The notes: generated by a model not told the origin, from the letters alone. Positions 49,198-61,995 are shown, numbered from the stretch's first letter. The stretch is 64,000 bases of DNA from an uncultured Eubacteriales bacterium (GCA_964592005.1 CAZQDT010000001.1:602-64601), one strand, 5' to 3'. Numbers and translations: made by a program.

Positions 49198-49800
49198 ATG
49201 GACTTTAATACAAGTGAAACAAGATTAAATCTTATGAGAGCTTTTGCAGGGGAAAGTCAAGCGAGAAACAGATATACAATTGCAGCTGAACAGGCTAAAA
49301 GTCAAAAATTATATATAGTTTCATATTTGTTTCAATATACTGCTGACCAAGAAAAAACACATGCTAAAGTTTTTTATGAATTTCTTAAAGATTTAGCAGG
49401 TACTACAATAAAAATTGATGGCGGTTATCCAGTAGACATTAATCCAGATATTTCCAAACTTTTGCGTATGGCACAGCATAATGAATTTGAAGAAAATGAC
49501 GATGTATATCCTGCCTTTGCAGAAATTGCCAGAAAAGAAGGGTTTGATATCATTGCCAATAAATTTACAGCTATTGCCAAAATAGAAAAAATACATGGCG
49601 AACGTTTTGGTAAATTTGCAGAACTTATTGAGCAAGATAAACTTTTTGATTCAGGTGATAATGAAACAGAGTGGATTTGTCTTAAATGTGGTCATGTCCA
49701 TAAAGGTCCTAAAGCACCTAAAACTTGTCCAATATGTGGATATGAACAAGGACATTATATAAGAAAAGATATGGCACCATTTTTTATCTGTCAAAAATAA
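49198..49800 (+). CDS. rbr: rubrerythrin
   Basis: 200 aa. Ferritin-like diiron domain (LMRAFAGESQARNRY, EKTHAKVF) plus C-terminal rubredoxin-like CLKCG...CPICG. Confidence 0.85.
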   Translation: MDFNTSETRLNLMRAFAGESQARNRYTIAAEQAKSQKLYIVSYLFQYTADQEKTHAKVFYEFLKDLAGTTIKIDGGYPVDINPDISKLLRMAQHNEFEENDDVYPAFAEIARKEGFDIIANKFTAIAKIEKIHGERFGKFAELIEQDKLFDSGDNETEWICLKCGHVHKGPKAPKTCPICGYEQGHYIRKDMAPFFICQK

Positions 49801-49803
49801 AAA

Positions 49804-49849
49804 AATAACAGATGCTGTTTTGATTAATTTCAAAGCAGCATTTGTTATT
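49804..49849. terminator. bidirectional terminator
   Basis: About 20-bp stem (49804-49823 with 49830-49849, two wobble/mismatch positions), with an A-run before and a T-run after. Confidence 0.65.
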
Positions 49850-49856
49850 TTATATT

Positions 49857-49916
49857 GGGGGAGAAAGTTAGAGAAAGAAAAAAAGGGGGGAGAAAAATAA
49901 AACCTTTCTCTAACTT
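49857..49916. other. G-run direct repeat plus 13-bp hairpin, unknown function
   Basis: GGGGGAGAAA occurs at 49857-49866 and 49886-49895. The perfect stem AAGTTAGAGAAAG (49865-49877) / CTTTCTCTAACTT (49904-49916) encloses the second G-run. Confidence 0.5.
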
Positions 49917-50038
49917 GGATTGTTTATATCTTACCATGGACTTGTGAATAAAGTTTATATAAGATGTGAACATTTTGTAAATAAATTTTATTTTTAAATG
50001 TAAATAACCCCCGCTAATAATAACGGAGGTTTAAAATA

Positions 50039-51286
50039 TTATCTCTTACTTAATACGTCTTTTTCGTATTTTTCAATTTCGTCAAACCATTTTTCGTCGC
50101 CTATAACGCCACAGCTTTCGCAATATTGTTTCCAGATGTCACCAAATGGTAATGTTTTCATTTCTTCCTGAAGAACCATAAGTTTTGTGAAGTTTCCTTC
50201 GTCTTGAAGTTTTTTCAACATATCATGTGGAGTACACAATGCTGAAAGAAGGCATTTTTGTAAGCTTCTTAAACCTACTGTCCAAGCTGAAATACGGTTG
50301 ATGCTTGCATCAAAGAAATCTAATGCCATATATACACGGTCAAGAGCATCACAACGAACGATTTCTTTTGCAATTTCTTTTGTTTCATCATCAAATATTA
50401 CAACATGGTCTGAATCCCATCTAACACCACGAGTAATGTGGAGAGCTATTTCTGGGAAGAAGCACAAAAGAGCAGGAATCTTGTCAGAAACAACTTCTGT
50501 TGGGTGGTAATGTCCATTATCCATAAGAGGTAAGCAACCATCATGTGTAGCTGCAAATGACAATGTAAATTCAGCTGAACCAGATGTGAAAGATTCTACA
50601 CCTATACCAAATACTTTAGATTCTACACAAGGTTTAACAAGATTTTTGTCAAATGGCTCTGAAAGAATTGCCTCGATGGATTCTTTGTAACGCATTCTAG
50701 GGCCCATACGGTCAGCAGGAATATCTTTGAAACCGTCACCAGTCCAGATATTCATAACACAAGGCATACCTGTTTCTTTAGCAAAATATTCAGAAATACG
50801 TACACAAGCCTTACCATGTTCAATCCAGAAATTACGAACATTTGCATCTGGACTTGAAAGAGTAAGCCCATCTTTGATATTTGGGTGTGAGAAGAAAGTA
50901 GGGTTAAAATCTATACCCATATTTCGTGCTTTTGCAAATTCAACCCATTTTTTGAAATGTTTTGGTTCTAATTTATCTCTGTCTGCAAATTCACCAGGTT
51001 CGAAAATTGCATAACTTGCATGTAAATTTAATTTTTTTGCACCAGGACAAAGAGCCAATACTTTATCAATATCAGCCATTAATTGTTCAGGTGTTGTAGC
51101 TTTTCCAGGATAATTTCCTGTTGTTTGAATACCACCTGTAAGAGGACCATCATGGTCAAAACCTATAACGTCATCTCCCTGCCAGCAATGTAAGGAAACA
51201 GGAACAGTTTTTAATTTTTCGATAGCTGCATCTGTATCTACACCAAATGCTGCATAAATTTTTTTAGCATCTTCGTATCTGCTCAT
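50039..51286 (-). CDS. rhaA: L-rhamnose isomerase
   Basis: 415 aa. The N-terminal region (VPVSLHCWQGDDVIGFD) and overall length match RhaA. Confidence 0.85.
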   Translation of the reverse strand: MSRYEDAKKIYAAFGVDTDAAIEKLKTVPVSLHCWQGDDVIGFDHDGPLTGGIQTTGNYPGKATTPEQLMADIDKVLALCPGAKKLNLHASYAIFEPGEFADRDKLEPKHFKKWVEFAKARNMGIDFNPTFFSHPNIKDGLTLSSPDANVRNFWIEHGKACVRISEYFAKETGMPCVMNIWTGDGFKDIPADRMGPRMRYKESIEAILSEPFDKNLVKPCVESKVFGIGVESFTSGSAEFTLSFAATHDGCLPLMDNGHYHPTEVVSDKIPALLCFFPEIALHITRGVRWDSDHVVIFDDETKEIAKEIVRCDALDRVYMALDFFDASINRISAWTVGLRSLQKCLLSALCTPHDMLKKLQDEGNFTKLMVLQEEMKTLPFGDIWKQYCESCGVIGDEKWFDEIEKYEKDVLSKR

Positions 51287-51405
51287 AAATCATTCTCCTT
51301 TATGTAATATTTATTTCTAATTCACCATTTAAAATCAAGTGATAATATCATTCTAAATAAAAAAAATAATAAAAAAAAGACATTAAAATGACTAAAAAAG
51401 TGTCC

Positions 51406-52365
51406 TTATTTGCATTTGCGGTATTTATGAGGAGAAATACCGTATTTTTTTTGAAAGATGCGGTGAAAATAGCTAAAATTTTCATAACCGACTCGTTCGC
51501 TTATTTCGGAAACTTTCATAGAGGTAGTTTTTAAAAGAAATATTGCCTGATTTAGTCTTTTGTCCTGCATAAGCTGGGTAAAAGTTTTGCCTGATTGACG
51601 TTTGATTTCTCTGCTTAACCAGCATTCGTCATAATGAAGTTCATTTGCAATATTTTTTAGTTGTCCATCGTTATAGTGTTCTTCTATATATCTGAAAACT
51701 TTAAGCATAAGCTGTTGCTCTGTAAAAAGTGAATTTGTATGCAACAGCTCTGTGTGATTTATAAGTTGTAAAAATAAAAGTCCCATAGTAAATTGATTTA
51801 TACTTCGTTTGTTAGTCTGTGGATTTACAAGGGTCCATATTAAATTTTCTATTAAATTTTGAATAGGCAGTATTTCAGCAACTCTGAAGTGTAAATATCC
51901 AGTACCATTGTTTTCTCCTTTAAAACAATCTGTAAGAAAGTTACGGATTGGATTACTTTCTTCACCCATTAATTGAATAGTAGTATCAAAAAATTGTGGT
52001 AAAATAATAAAATTAACAGCAATATCGTCTTTATTGGCTGCAAGTATTTCTTGGGTTGCTCCTGGACTTAAAATCAGAAGTTCGCCTGCTTGAAGGAGTA
52101 TTTCGTTATCATTTACAAAATGTTTTGTCTGTCCACTGCACATATATACCATTTCAATGTAATTATGGGTATGTTTGGGAAAATGAATAAAACGTGTATG
52201 AGGACGTAATGTAATCAATTTTCCCTGTTCTAAAAGTAAAGAAGAATCGACCTTTGTAGAATTATCTGTCATATACATACTTCTATTGATTTCGTTTCTT
52301 CCAGACAAAATTTCTTTTTCTTCTTCAGTGATTTTGCTTAATTGTTCAAGTAAAAGACTATTCAT
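51406..52365 (-). CDS. AraC-family transcriptional regulator (cupin + HTH)
   Basis: 319 aa with a C-terminal AraC HTH (ISERVGYENFSYFHRIFQKKYGISPHKYR). Confidence 0.8.
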   Translation of the reverse strand: MNSLLLEQLSKITEEEKEILSGRNEINRSMYMTDNSTKVDSSLLLEQGKLITLRPHTRFIHFPKHTHNYIEMVYMCSGQTKHFVNDNEILLQAGELLILSPGATQEILAANKDDIAVNFIILPQFFDTTIQLMGEESNPIRNFLTDCFKGENNGTGYLHFRVAEILPIQNLIENLIWTLVNPQTNKRSINQFTMGLLFLQLINHTELLHTNSLFTEQQLMLKVFRYIEEHYNDGQLKNIANELHYDECWLSREIKRQSGKTFTQLMQDKRLNQAIFLLKTTSMKVSEISERVGYENFSYFHRIFQKKYGISPHKYRKCK

Positions 52366-52386
52366 AATGGATTTCCTTTCGGATTT

Positions 52387-53439
52387 TTATTTCTTCAGTT
52401 CTGTCCACATAGCATCATATATAGAAAGTTTATCGCCTACTTCTTTTGTGTATTCAGCTTTTGATATTATTTCCTTTGGAGGATTGGCAGCGGGATTGTT
52501 TACAAATTCTTCATCAAGTATTTCTAAAGCCGCTTTATTTGGGCAAAGATAAGGAAATTCTTCAGCAATCATTTTAGCCACATCAGCTCTTAAAATGAAA
52601 TCTATAAATTGATGAGCATATTCTGCATTTTTAGAGCCTTTTGGTATACATAGATTATCCATAAAACGATACATTCCTTCTTCTGGAAAAACTATCTCTA
52701 TATTTGGATTTTCACGCATTGAAAGAGCAATTTCAGCTGCCCACATATAGCCTAAAGAGGTAGAGCCATCTATCATAGAAGATTTAGGGCTGTCGCTGTC
52801 ATAAGCTTTAATGATTGGTTTCAATTGAAGAAGTCTGTTTTTTATTTCTGTAAGCTTTGTATCATCTGTTTCACTTATAGAATATCCTAAAGATTTTGCA
52901 GCTAAACCGATGACAGCACGCATATCATCAAGAGCTACCATAGAATTTTCATATTTGTTGTCAAAAATTTGTGAAAAACTTGTAATTTCTTCGCTTATTT
53001 TCTTTTTATTTACACATAGGGTTGCTACTCCACCAAAAAATGGAACAGAATATTTATTGTTTTCATCATAATATTCATTCATATAAAATTCATCTATATT
53101 TGAAAGATTTGAAAGTTTAGTTAAATCAATTTCTTCAAGCATTCCTTGTTTTGTCATCATAAGCACCATATAGTCACTTGGTGTAATTATGTCATAAGTG
53201 CCATTTACTTCAGATTTGACTTTTGCAAGCATATCTTCATTTGAAGAAAAAGTTGAACAGTTTACTCTTATACCTGTTTCTTCCTGAAATAATTCAAGGA
53301 CTGAATCGGGTATATAAGAAGTCCATATAAAAAGATTGATTTCACCTATAATTTTACGTGAAGAACAACCACTTAATGTTCCAAGACATAATATCAATAT
53401 TAATAAAATACTTAAAAATTTTTTAAGTTTAATATTCAA
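52387..53439 (-). CDS. potD: spermidine/putrescine ABC transporter substrate-binding lipoprotein
   Basis: 350 aa with lipobox LSGCSS. PotD-like sequence, last gene of the potABCD order. Confidence 0.8.
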   Translation of the reverse strand: MNIKLKKFLSILLILILCLGTLSGCSSRKIIGEINLFIWTSYIPDSVLELFQEETGIRVNCSTFSSNEDMLAKVKSEVNGTYDIITPSDYMVLMMTKQGMLEEIDLTKLSNLSNIDEFYMNEYYDENNKYSVPFFGGVATLCVNKKKISEEITSFSQIFDNKYENSMVALDDMRAVIGLAAKSLGYSISETDDTKLTEIKNRLLQLKPIIKAYDSDSPKSSMIDGSTSLGYMWAAEIALSMRENPNIEIVFPEEGMYRFMDNLCIPKGSKNAEYAHQFIDFILRADVAKMIAEEFPYLCPNKAALEILDEEFVNNPAANPPKEIISKAEYTKEVGDKLSIYDAMWTELKK

Positions 53440-53496
53440 AACTTATCACCCCGGCTAAAATATTTTAGTAAAATATATAGTTTATGAATAAATCTA

Positions 53497-54294
53497 TCAT
53501 TCTTTATGTTTTTTTGAAGCAATTATTGTATATATTGTTATTGCAATTACTAAAAACAAAAGTATCAAAGTTGATAAAGCATTTACCATAGGTGATACAC
53601 CCTGTTTTATACTATCCATTACTTTTAATGGAAAAGTTTTGACTGTTCCATTTACAAAATAACTTATGATAACATCGTCTATGGATAAAGTAAAAGCTAA
53701 CATACCACCTGAAAATATTCCAGGAGAAATAATTGGAAGAGTTACATGGAAAAAAGTTTTAATTCGGTTTGCACCTAAATCCATGGCAGCTTCTTCGTAA
53801 GTATTGTCATAGCCATCAAGTCTTGCTTTGAGTGTAAAAATTACAAAAGGTGTACAAAATACCACATGGGAGATAATGAGTGTAATAAGTCCTCTTGGTA
53901 TTTTTACCAGTGCAAAAAGTGAGAGCAGAGAAATTCCAAGTATAATTTCAGGAATTACTACGGGTACATAAAGCAGAGCATCAATAATTCCTTTTCCTTT
54001 AAATTTATATTTAGTCATTCCTAAAGCAGCTAAAGTACCTATTATTACTGATAAAATTGTACTTGAAACGGATACAATTATGGTGTTTTTGAAAGAATCA
54101 AGTAAAGAGGTACTTTTAAAAAGCTTAAAATACCAATCGAGAGTAAAACCTTTGAAAGTAATGTAAGGTTTTACAGTATTAGCATTAAAAGAATTGATTA
54201 TAATTACAAATATTGGTAAAAATAAAAATAAATATATAAAACATACAAAAATTGTACTTAATATTCTTGGTTTTGATTTATCCACTGCAATCAC
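53497..54294 (-). CDS. potC: spermidine/putrescine ABC transporter permease
   Basis: 265 aa, 6 TM, with an EAA-loop-type motif (EEAAMDLGANRIKTFFHVTLP). Confidence 0.8.
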   Translation of the reverse strand: MIAVDKSKPRILSTIFVCFIYLFLFLPIFVIIINSFNANTVKPYITFKGFTLDWYFKLFKSTSLLDSFKNTIIVSVSSTILSVIIGTLAALGMTKYKFKGKGIIDALLYVPVVIPEIILGISLLSLFALVKIPRGLITLIISHVVFCTPFVIFTLKARLDGYDNTYEEAAMDLGANRIKTFFHVTLPIISPGIFSGGMLAFTLSIDDVIISYFVNGTVKTFPLKVMDSIKQGVSPMVNALSTLILLFLVIAITIYTIIASKKHKE

Positions 54295-54301
54295 TCCTTT
54301 A

Positions 54302-55156
54302 TTATTGCTGTCCTAAGTCTTCAAGTTTTCCGCCAAGTTTGGTGTATAATTTTACAAGTAATAATGTCAATATTATAAGTCCTATTGACAATGCTGAACC
54401 TAAAGGCCAGTTGTTTGAAGACTGAAATTGGCGTTCTATTAAGTTTCCTATCAATTCTGATTTTCCGCCGCCTAAGATATCGGAAATGAAAAAATATCCA
54501 AGAGAGGGGATAAATACCATTATTGCACCTGCAAATATACCTGAAGAAGTTAAAGGAAGGATTACTTTTGTAAAAGCAGATATTTTATTTGCACCTAAAT
54601 CTTTAGCGGCTTCAACTAAAGTCATATCAAGCTTTTCAATAGAGGTATATAAAGGTAATACCATAAAAGGAAACAGCGTATAAGTCATACCAAGTATAAC
54701 AGTTCCTTTGTTATATAAAAATTCAATAGGTTCTTCAATAAGTCCTATATTAATCAAAAAACTATTTAAAAAACCACTTGCTCCTAAAAAACTTTTCCAA
54801 CCATATATACGAATAAGTGAATTTGTCCAAAAGGGAATAATTACCATTAAATACAGTATATTACGCATTGCGGGTTTGGAAGTTGCAATATAATATGCAA
54901 ATGGATAACCTAAGACTATACATAAAATAGTGGTTATTGCTGCTATTAATATAGAATAGGCATAAATCTGCAAATAATTAGGGTCAAATAGTTTTAAATA
55001 ATTATCCAAATTGAAAGAAAAAACTATCTGATAATTTTCATTTGTAGTACAAAAACTAAGTACAAGCACATATATAAGAGGAAGTGCTACAAAAAACATA
55101 ACTAAAAATATTACGGGTGAAAGCATTGTAATCATAGGAAGATTTAATTTTTTCAT
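54302..55156 (-). CDS. potB: spermidine/putrescine ABC transporter permease
   Basis: The ATG at 55156 lies 1 nt after the potA stop and behind GGGAGG. EAA loop VEAAKDLGANKISAFTKVILP. The longer track start at 55186 overlaps potA. Confidence 0.8.
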   Translation of the reverse strand: MKKLNLPMITMLSPVIFLVMFFVALPLIYVLVLSFCTTNENYQIVFSFNLDNYLKLFDPNYLQIYAYSILIAAITTILCIVLGYPFAYYIATSKPAMRNILYLMVIIPFWTNSLIRIYGWKSFLGASGFLNSFLINIGLIEEPIEFLYNKGTVILGMTYTLFPFMVLPLYTSIEKLDMTLVEAAKDLGANKISAFTKVILPLTSSGIFAGAIMVFIPSLGYFFISDILGGGKSELIGNLIERQFQSSNNWPLGSALSIGLIILTLLLVKLYTKLGGKLEDLGQQ

Positions 55157-55157
55157 A

Positions 55158-56270
55158 TTAATTTTCCTCCCAGTCGAAGTTTTCATTTTCCATAAGTTTC
55201 ATAATAACTGCATCTTGAGGATTTTCCCAATGTATATAAATTTTTTGCAATGGTTCAAGTGAAATTTTACCATTTAAACGTTGTATTTTTAATTCCTGTC
55301 CATTGTTAAGCACACAGATTGTTTTGACAAAAGAGCCTGCGTAAATATTTTCTTTTACTATTGCTTCCATAGAAAAGTTTTCGACAGGTTCAAGGGAGTA
55401 ACGTGTTTTTTCAGGTCTTACAGAAACATAGAGTTTTTCGCCTAAAGAATATTCACAACCTTTGGCAAAAATATTTCCGTTCTGTGTCTGTAAATTCACA
55501 TAATTGTCTTTTATTGACAAGACTTTAGCTTCAAATAGATTAGTTTCTCCTATGAATGTTGCAGCAAATTTACAATTAGGTTTTTCATAGATTTCATCAG
55601 GAGTACCGGATTGTACAATACGTCCATCATTCATAATAACAATACGGTCACTCATAGTAAGGGCCTCTTCTTGGTCGTGTGTTACATATATGAAAGTAAT
55701 TCCCAGTTTTTTTTGTATACGTTTAAGTTCTATCTGCATTTGTTTACGGAGTTTTAAATCTAATGCTGCTAATGGTTCATCTAAAAGTAAAACTTGCGGA
55801 TTATTTACCAAGGCTCGGGCAATGGCAACTCTTTGTTTTTGTCCTCCTGAAAGTTGTTGAGGAAAACGTTTTTCAAAGCCGGCGAGTTGTACAAGCTCAA
55901 GTATTTCTGTTACTTTTTCCTTTATTTCAGATTTTGATATTTTTTTCATTTTAAGGCCAAAAGCAATATTGTCATATATGTTCATATGTGGAAAAAGTGC
56001 ATAATTTTGGAAAACTGTATTTATATTTCTTTGATATGGTTCTTTGTTTATAATATTTTCTCCTTTAATTTCTATACTTCCAGAAGTAGGAGTTACAAAT
56101 CCAGCAATCATACGGAGTGTAGTAGTTTTACCGCAGCCGGAAGAACCAAGTAATGTTAAAAATTCGCCCTCATATACATCAAGGTTGAGGTCTTTTACTA
56201 TGTGTGAATTATCATCTTCAAAATATTTGTTTATGTTTTTTAGTTTAACTAACACTTCTTTCTTATCCAT
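55158..56270 (-). CDS. potA: spermidine/putrescine ABC transporter ATPase
   Basis: 370 aa. Walker A GSSGCGKTT, signature LSGGQKQR, Walker B LLLDEPL, and a PotA-type C-terminal regulatory domain. Confidence 0.85.
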   Translation of the reverse strand: MDKKEVLVKLKNINKYFEDDNSHIVKDLNLDVYEGEFLTLLGSSGCGKTTTLRMIAGFVTPTSGSIEIKGENIINKEPYQRNINTVFQNYALFPHMNIYDNIAFGLKMKKISKSEIKEKVTEILELVQLAGFEKRFPQQLSGGQKQRVAIARALVNNPQVLLLDEPLAALDLKLRKQMQIELKRIQKKLGITFIYVTHDQEEALTMSDRIVIMNDGRIVQSGTPDEIYEKPNCKFAATFIGETNLFEAKVLSIKDNYVNLQTQNGNIFAKGCEYSLGEKLYVSVRPEKTRYSLEPVENFSMEAIVKENIYAGSFVKTICVLNNGQELKIQRLNGKISLEPLQKIYIHWENPQDAVIMKLMENENFDWEEN

Positions 56271-56823
56271 TGTTATTCCCCTTTATAAAAGTTTTAAATA
56301 AAAAATTTTGAACAAATAAAATTTATTTTAAAGAGGTTGAATATGTGGGTCTAAAAAAACGTCAAAGGGGTAGTTTTCCATTGATATTTTCTAAGGCTTA
56401 AATATCTTACTCAATGAGATATTACAGCAACTAAAAGTGATTGTCAAAACAATTTTTTTGGGGTTAAAATTGATGTTTATTTAACATTTTTTTGAGTTGT
56501 GCAAATCTTACAATAAAATTACTTAAAAACTAAAATTATATTAAAAAGTTTTCATTATTTAGGGATTTTTTTAGGTTAAAAATTACTTTAAGTTTGTGAT
56601 ATTTTGTGAAATATGGATAAAATATAGATGTTATTTTTGTTGTTATTGTAATTTTCTTTTTAAGGTATAAAAATAAAATTAAGTATAAAAATTTTTATCG
56701 TGAAAATACGAAATATAATACTATAATCTTTGAAAATTGAGATTATAACAGAAAATAAAAAGATAAATGTAAAAAAATCATAGAATTTTACAAAAATTGT
56801 GATGGTTATTTTTTTAACTTTTA

Positions 56824-56852
56824 TTGAAATTACGTTGTTTATAGGCTATACT
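56824..56852 (+). promoter_or_regulatory. promoter of the gltD-like gene
   Basis: TTGAAA (56824-56829), 17-nt spacer, TATACT (56847-56852). Confidence 0.45.
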
Positions 56853-56938
56853 TATTTATAGAAAAAATTTTCGTTATTGGAATAAACCTTTATTATTTCA
56901 ATATAAAAAATGGCAGTTTATAGAGGAGGATGTAAAAA

Positions 56939-58192
56939 ATGGGAGATATAACTTTACAGGAAGCAAAAAGATGTCTTAAATGTAAAAAACCTAAGTGTAA
57001 AGAAGGGTGTCCGATAGGTACGCCAGTCAATGAAGTTTTTAAACTTTTGGTAGATGGTCATATTGAAGAAGCAGGGGAAATGCTTTTTGAAAATAATCCG
57101 CTTTCGATAGTATGTTCAATGGTTTGTTATCATGAAAATCAATGTGAGGGGCATTGTGTTTTGAATGCTAAGAATGCACCTATCCATGTAAGTACGGTAG
57201 AGAATTATATTTCAAATTATTATCTTGATGTTATGAAATTTAATATAGATAAAGACCCTGAAAAGAAAGTTGCTATAATAGGAGCAGGACCAGCAGGTAT
57301 AACAATTGCAATTATATTGGCTAAGAAAGGTTATGATATTACAATATTTGAAGGTCGTGACCAAATAGGCGGGGTTTTAAGATATGGTATTCCTGAGTTC
57401 AGACTTCCAAAATCGGTTTTGGACAGAATAAAAGTTAAGCTTGAGGAGATGGGAGTTAAAATTCGTCCGAATACTTTGATAGGAAGTACGATTACTATGG
57501 ACGATTTGTTTAGAGATGGCTATAAAGCGGCATTTATTGGTACTGGAGTATGGAAACCTAATAGTCTTAAAATAAAAGGAGAAACTTTAGGACATGTTCA
57601 TTTTGCGATAGATTATCTTAAAAACCCTAAAGTTTATAATCTTGGACATACTGTATGTATTATAGGCGCGGGAAATGTTGCGATGGATGTTGCAAGAACA
57701 GTTTTGAGAAATGGGACAAGAGAAGTAATTATTATGTATAGAAAAGGCGAAGGAGATATTACAGCATCAAGAAGTGAAGTTGAATACGCTATTTTTGATG
57801 GAGTAAAATTTGAGTTTTATAAATCCCCACTTGAAATTACTGACAAGGGTATAAGATACATGAATATGAAAGAAGTTACTGATGAGGAAGGAAATGTAAA
57901 TATAGAAGAAACAGGTGAAGAAGGATTTCTTAATTGTGATTCCATTATAGTTTCTATAAGTCAAGGACCAAGAGCTAATATTGTTTCAAGTACAAAAGGA
58001 ATTGATATAAATAATAGAGGTCTTGTAATAACAGATGAGTATGGTCATACAACAAAAGAAGGAGTATTTGCTTCAGGTGATGTTGTTACAGGAGCAAAGA
58101 CAGTGGTTCAGGCGGTTGCAAATTCTAAAAAAGTTGCACAGGCAATAGATGAATATGTAACAGGGCTTTTAGAAAAGAAAAAAGGGGAATAA
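56939..58192 (+). CDS. NAD(P)H-dependent glutamate synthase small-subunit-like oxidoreductase (homotetrameric GltA/GltD type)
   Basis: 417 aa. N-terminal Cys clusters (CLKCKKPKCKEGCP; CSMVC...CEGHC) and two dinucleotide folds (IIGAGPAG; IIGAGNVAMD). Confidence 0.75.
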   Translation: MGDITLQEAKRCLKCKKPKCKEGCPIGTPVNEVFKLLVDGHIEEAGEMLFENNPLSIVCSMVCYHENQCEGHCVLNAKNAPIHVSTVENYISNYYLDVMKFNIDKDPEKKVAIIGAGPAGITIAIILAKKGYDITIFEGRDQIGGVLRYGIPEFRLPKSVLDRIKVKLEEMGVKIRPNTLIGSTITMDDLFRDGYKAAFIGTGVWKPNSLKIKGETLGHVHFAIDYLKNPKVYNLGHTVCIIGAGNVAMDVARTVLRNGTREVIIMYRKGEGDITASRSEVEYAIFDGVKFEFYKSPLEITDKGIRYMNMKEVTDEEGNVNIEETGEEGFLNCDSIIVSISQGPRANIVSSTKGIDINNRGLVITDEYGHTTKEGVFASGDVVTGAKTVVQAVANSKKVAQAIDEYVTGLLEKKKGE

Positions 58193-58193
58193 T

Positions 58194-58228
58194 AAAAAGA
58201 CGGCTGAATAGATTGAAGCCGTCTTTTT
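58194..58228. terminator. bidirectional terminator
   Basis: AAAAAGACGGC / GCCGTCTTTTT 11-bp perfect stem with a 13-nt loop, lying between convergent genes. Confidence 0.75.
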
Positions 58229-58497
58229 CATATTTTATATTTATAAAGTTTCCAAGGTATTCTTTCAAGTTTCATTGTCATTATTAAATCAATAAGTTCA
58301 GGTTTACCGTAAAGTATAGGTTTTCCGTTTCGGTGAAATGAAATCAGTACAATGGGATAGCTTGGAAATAAAAAAGAATTTTGATTTATAACAGCCATAG
58401 CTTTAGATTCATCATCAATAATTTCTTTACTTACTTCAATAATTGCAAATATAGACTCTTTATATTTTATTAATGAACCTTTGACTTCTACATTCAT
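58228..58497 (-). CDS. 89-aa protein of unknown function, paralog B
   Basis: AAGGTGA RBS, starting 9 nt after paralog A. Shares KGS.IK, F.I.E.S..II, SYPIVL, YGKPE and I.WK.Y.Y blocks with 58507..58776. Confidence 0.55.
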   Translation of the reverse strand: MNVEVKGSLIKYKESIFAIIEVSKEIIDDESKAMAVINQNSFLFPSYPIVLISFHRNGKPILYGKPELIDLIMTMKLERIPWKLYKYKI

Positions 58498-58506
58498 GAT
58501 GTCACC

Positions 58507-58776
58507 TTACTTTCTGTAATGATATATTTTCCAGGAAATTTGGTCTGGGTGCACATTAACTAATAGTTTAACTATTTCAGGTTTTCCATAGTATACAGGG
58601 TGATGAGCATCGTTGTAAGCAAATAGAACTATGGGATAGCTGCCAAAAATAAAAGCGAAACTTTTAATAAAATTGTTTGCTTTTGGAGGATTTGAGATTA
58701 TGTCACAACTGGTTTCTAAAATGCCAAATGAAATATTTTGAATTTTTATAAAAGAACCTTTAATTTTACCTGTCAT
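58507..58776 (-). CDS. 89-aa protein of unknown function, paralog A
   Basis: AGGGGA RBS, with a TTGACT-17-TATGCT promoter about 55 nt upstream. Same length as paralog B, and roughly one third of positions are identical by eye. Confidence 0.55.
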   Translation of the reverse strand: MTGKIKGSFIKIQNISFGILETSCDIISNPPKANNFIKSFAFIFGSYPIVLFAYNDAHHPVYYGKPEIVKLLVNVHPDQISWKIYHYRK

Positions 58777-58986
58777 ATAATCCCCTAATTTTCCCCTATA
58801 TTTAGAACAATATAAGCATACAATATAAAAATTAAAAAGTCAACTAAATAAAACAAAGAAATTATAATTGGTGTTTAGAGTTGTATTGAAAAATTTTTAA
58901 TTTAAATGAATTATTTTAACATCTTTTTTAATAGGTAGAAACCAGTAAAAGCTTGTATATAAAGTATAGTTTTTTGATAAATAAGC

Positions 58987-59015
58987 TTGACATTATTGAG
59001 ATATTAACATAAAAT
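58987..59015 (+). promoter_or_regulatory. candidate promoter of the V-ATPase operon
   Basis: TTGACA (58987-58992), 17-nt spacer, TAAAAT (59010-59015). It would give a leader of about 215 nt. Confidence 0.4.
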
Positions 59016-59238
59016 TTATTATGAAACATTCTAATAAATTTTTAATATGGAATTTATTTTTCCGAATTTTACAAGAAATATGTTGTGATTTATTGGTTGT
59101 AATTACAAAAGGAAAAATTATTTCGATTTTATATAAAATATTTAGAAGAATTTTTCAAATAGACATTGCAATATATAGATGATGTATATTGGATGTAGAT
59201 ATGAAAGTTTTTAAAATTTAAAGCAAGAAGGTGATAGA

Positions 59239-59551
59239 ATGGCTTTAGAAATCATCAAAAATATTGCTGAGGCTGAACAAAAAGGTGACAATATAAAAAA
59301 TGATGCAATCCATGAAGCAGAGAAATTAAAAACAGAAGCAGATGCTAAATGTAGACAAATTTTTTCTGATGCTCATAAAGAAGCAAAAAAAGCAGCTGAT
59401 AAGCTTATAGAACAAGCAATACAGTCTGCTCAGGGAGATGTTGAAAGTATATTGTCTAAGGCAGATGTTAAATGTGATGAAATCGGTGAGAAAGCATTGC
59501 AGAATATGTCAGCAGCAGTTGAGGCAGTAATTGGAAAGGTAGTGGGAACAT

Positions 59552-59565
<14 letters not shown>
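59239..59565 (+). CDS. V-type ATPase small coiled-coil subunit (G/H-like peripheral stalk; NtpF position)
   Basis: 108 aa, Ala/Lys/Glu-rich helix. First gene of the ntp-type order and overlaps the subunit I gene by 14 nt. Confidence 0.6.
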
Positions 59566-61958
<2,393 letters not shown>

Positions 61959-61995
61959 TTATAGACTGAAGAATTAACTAATATTGAGGAAGGAG

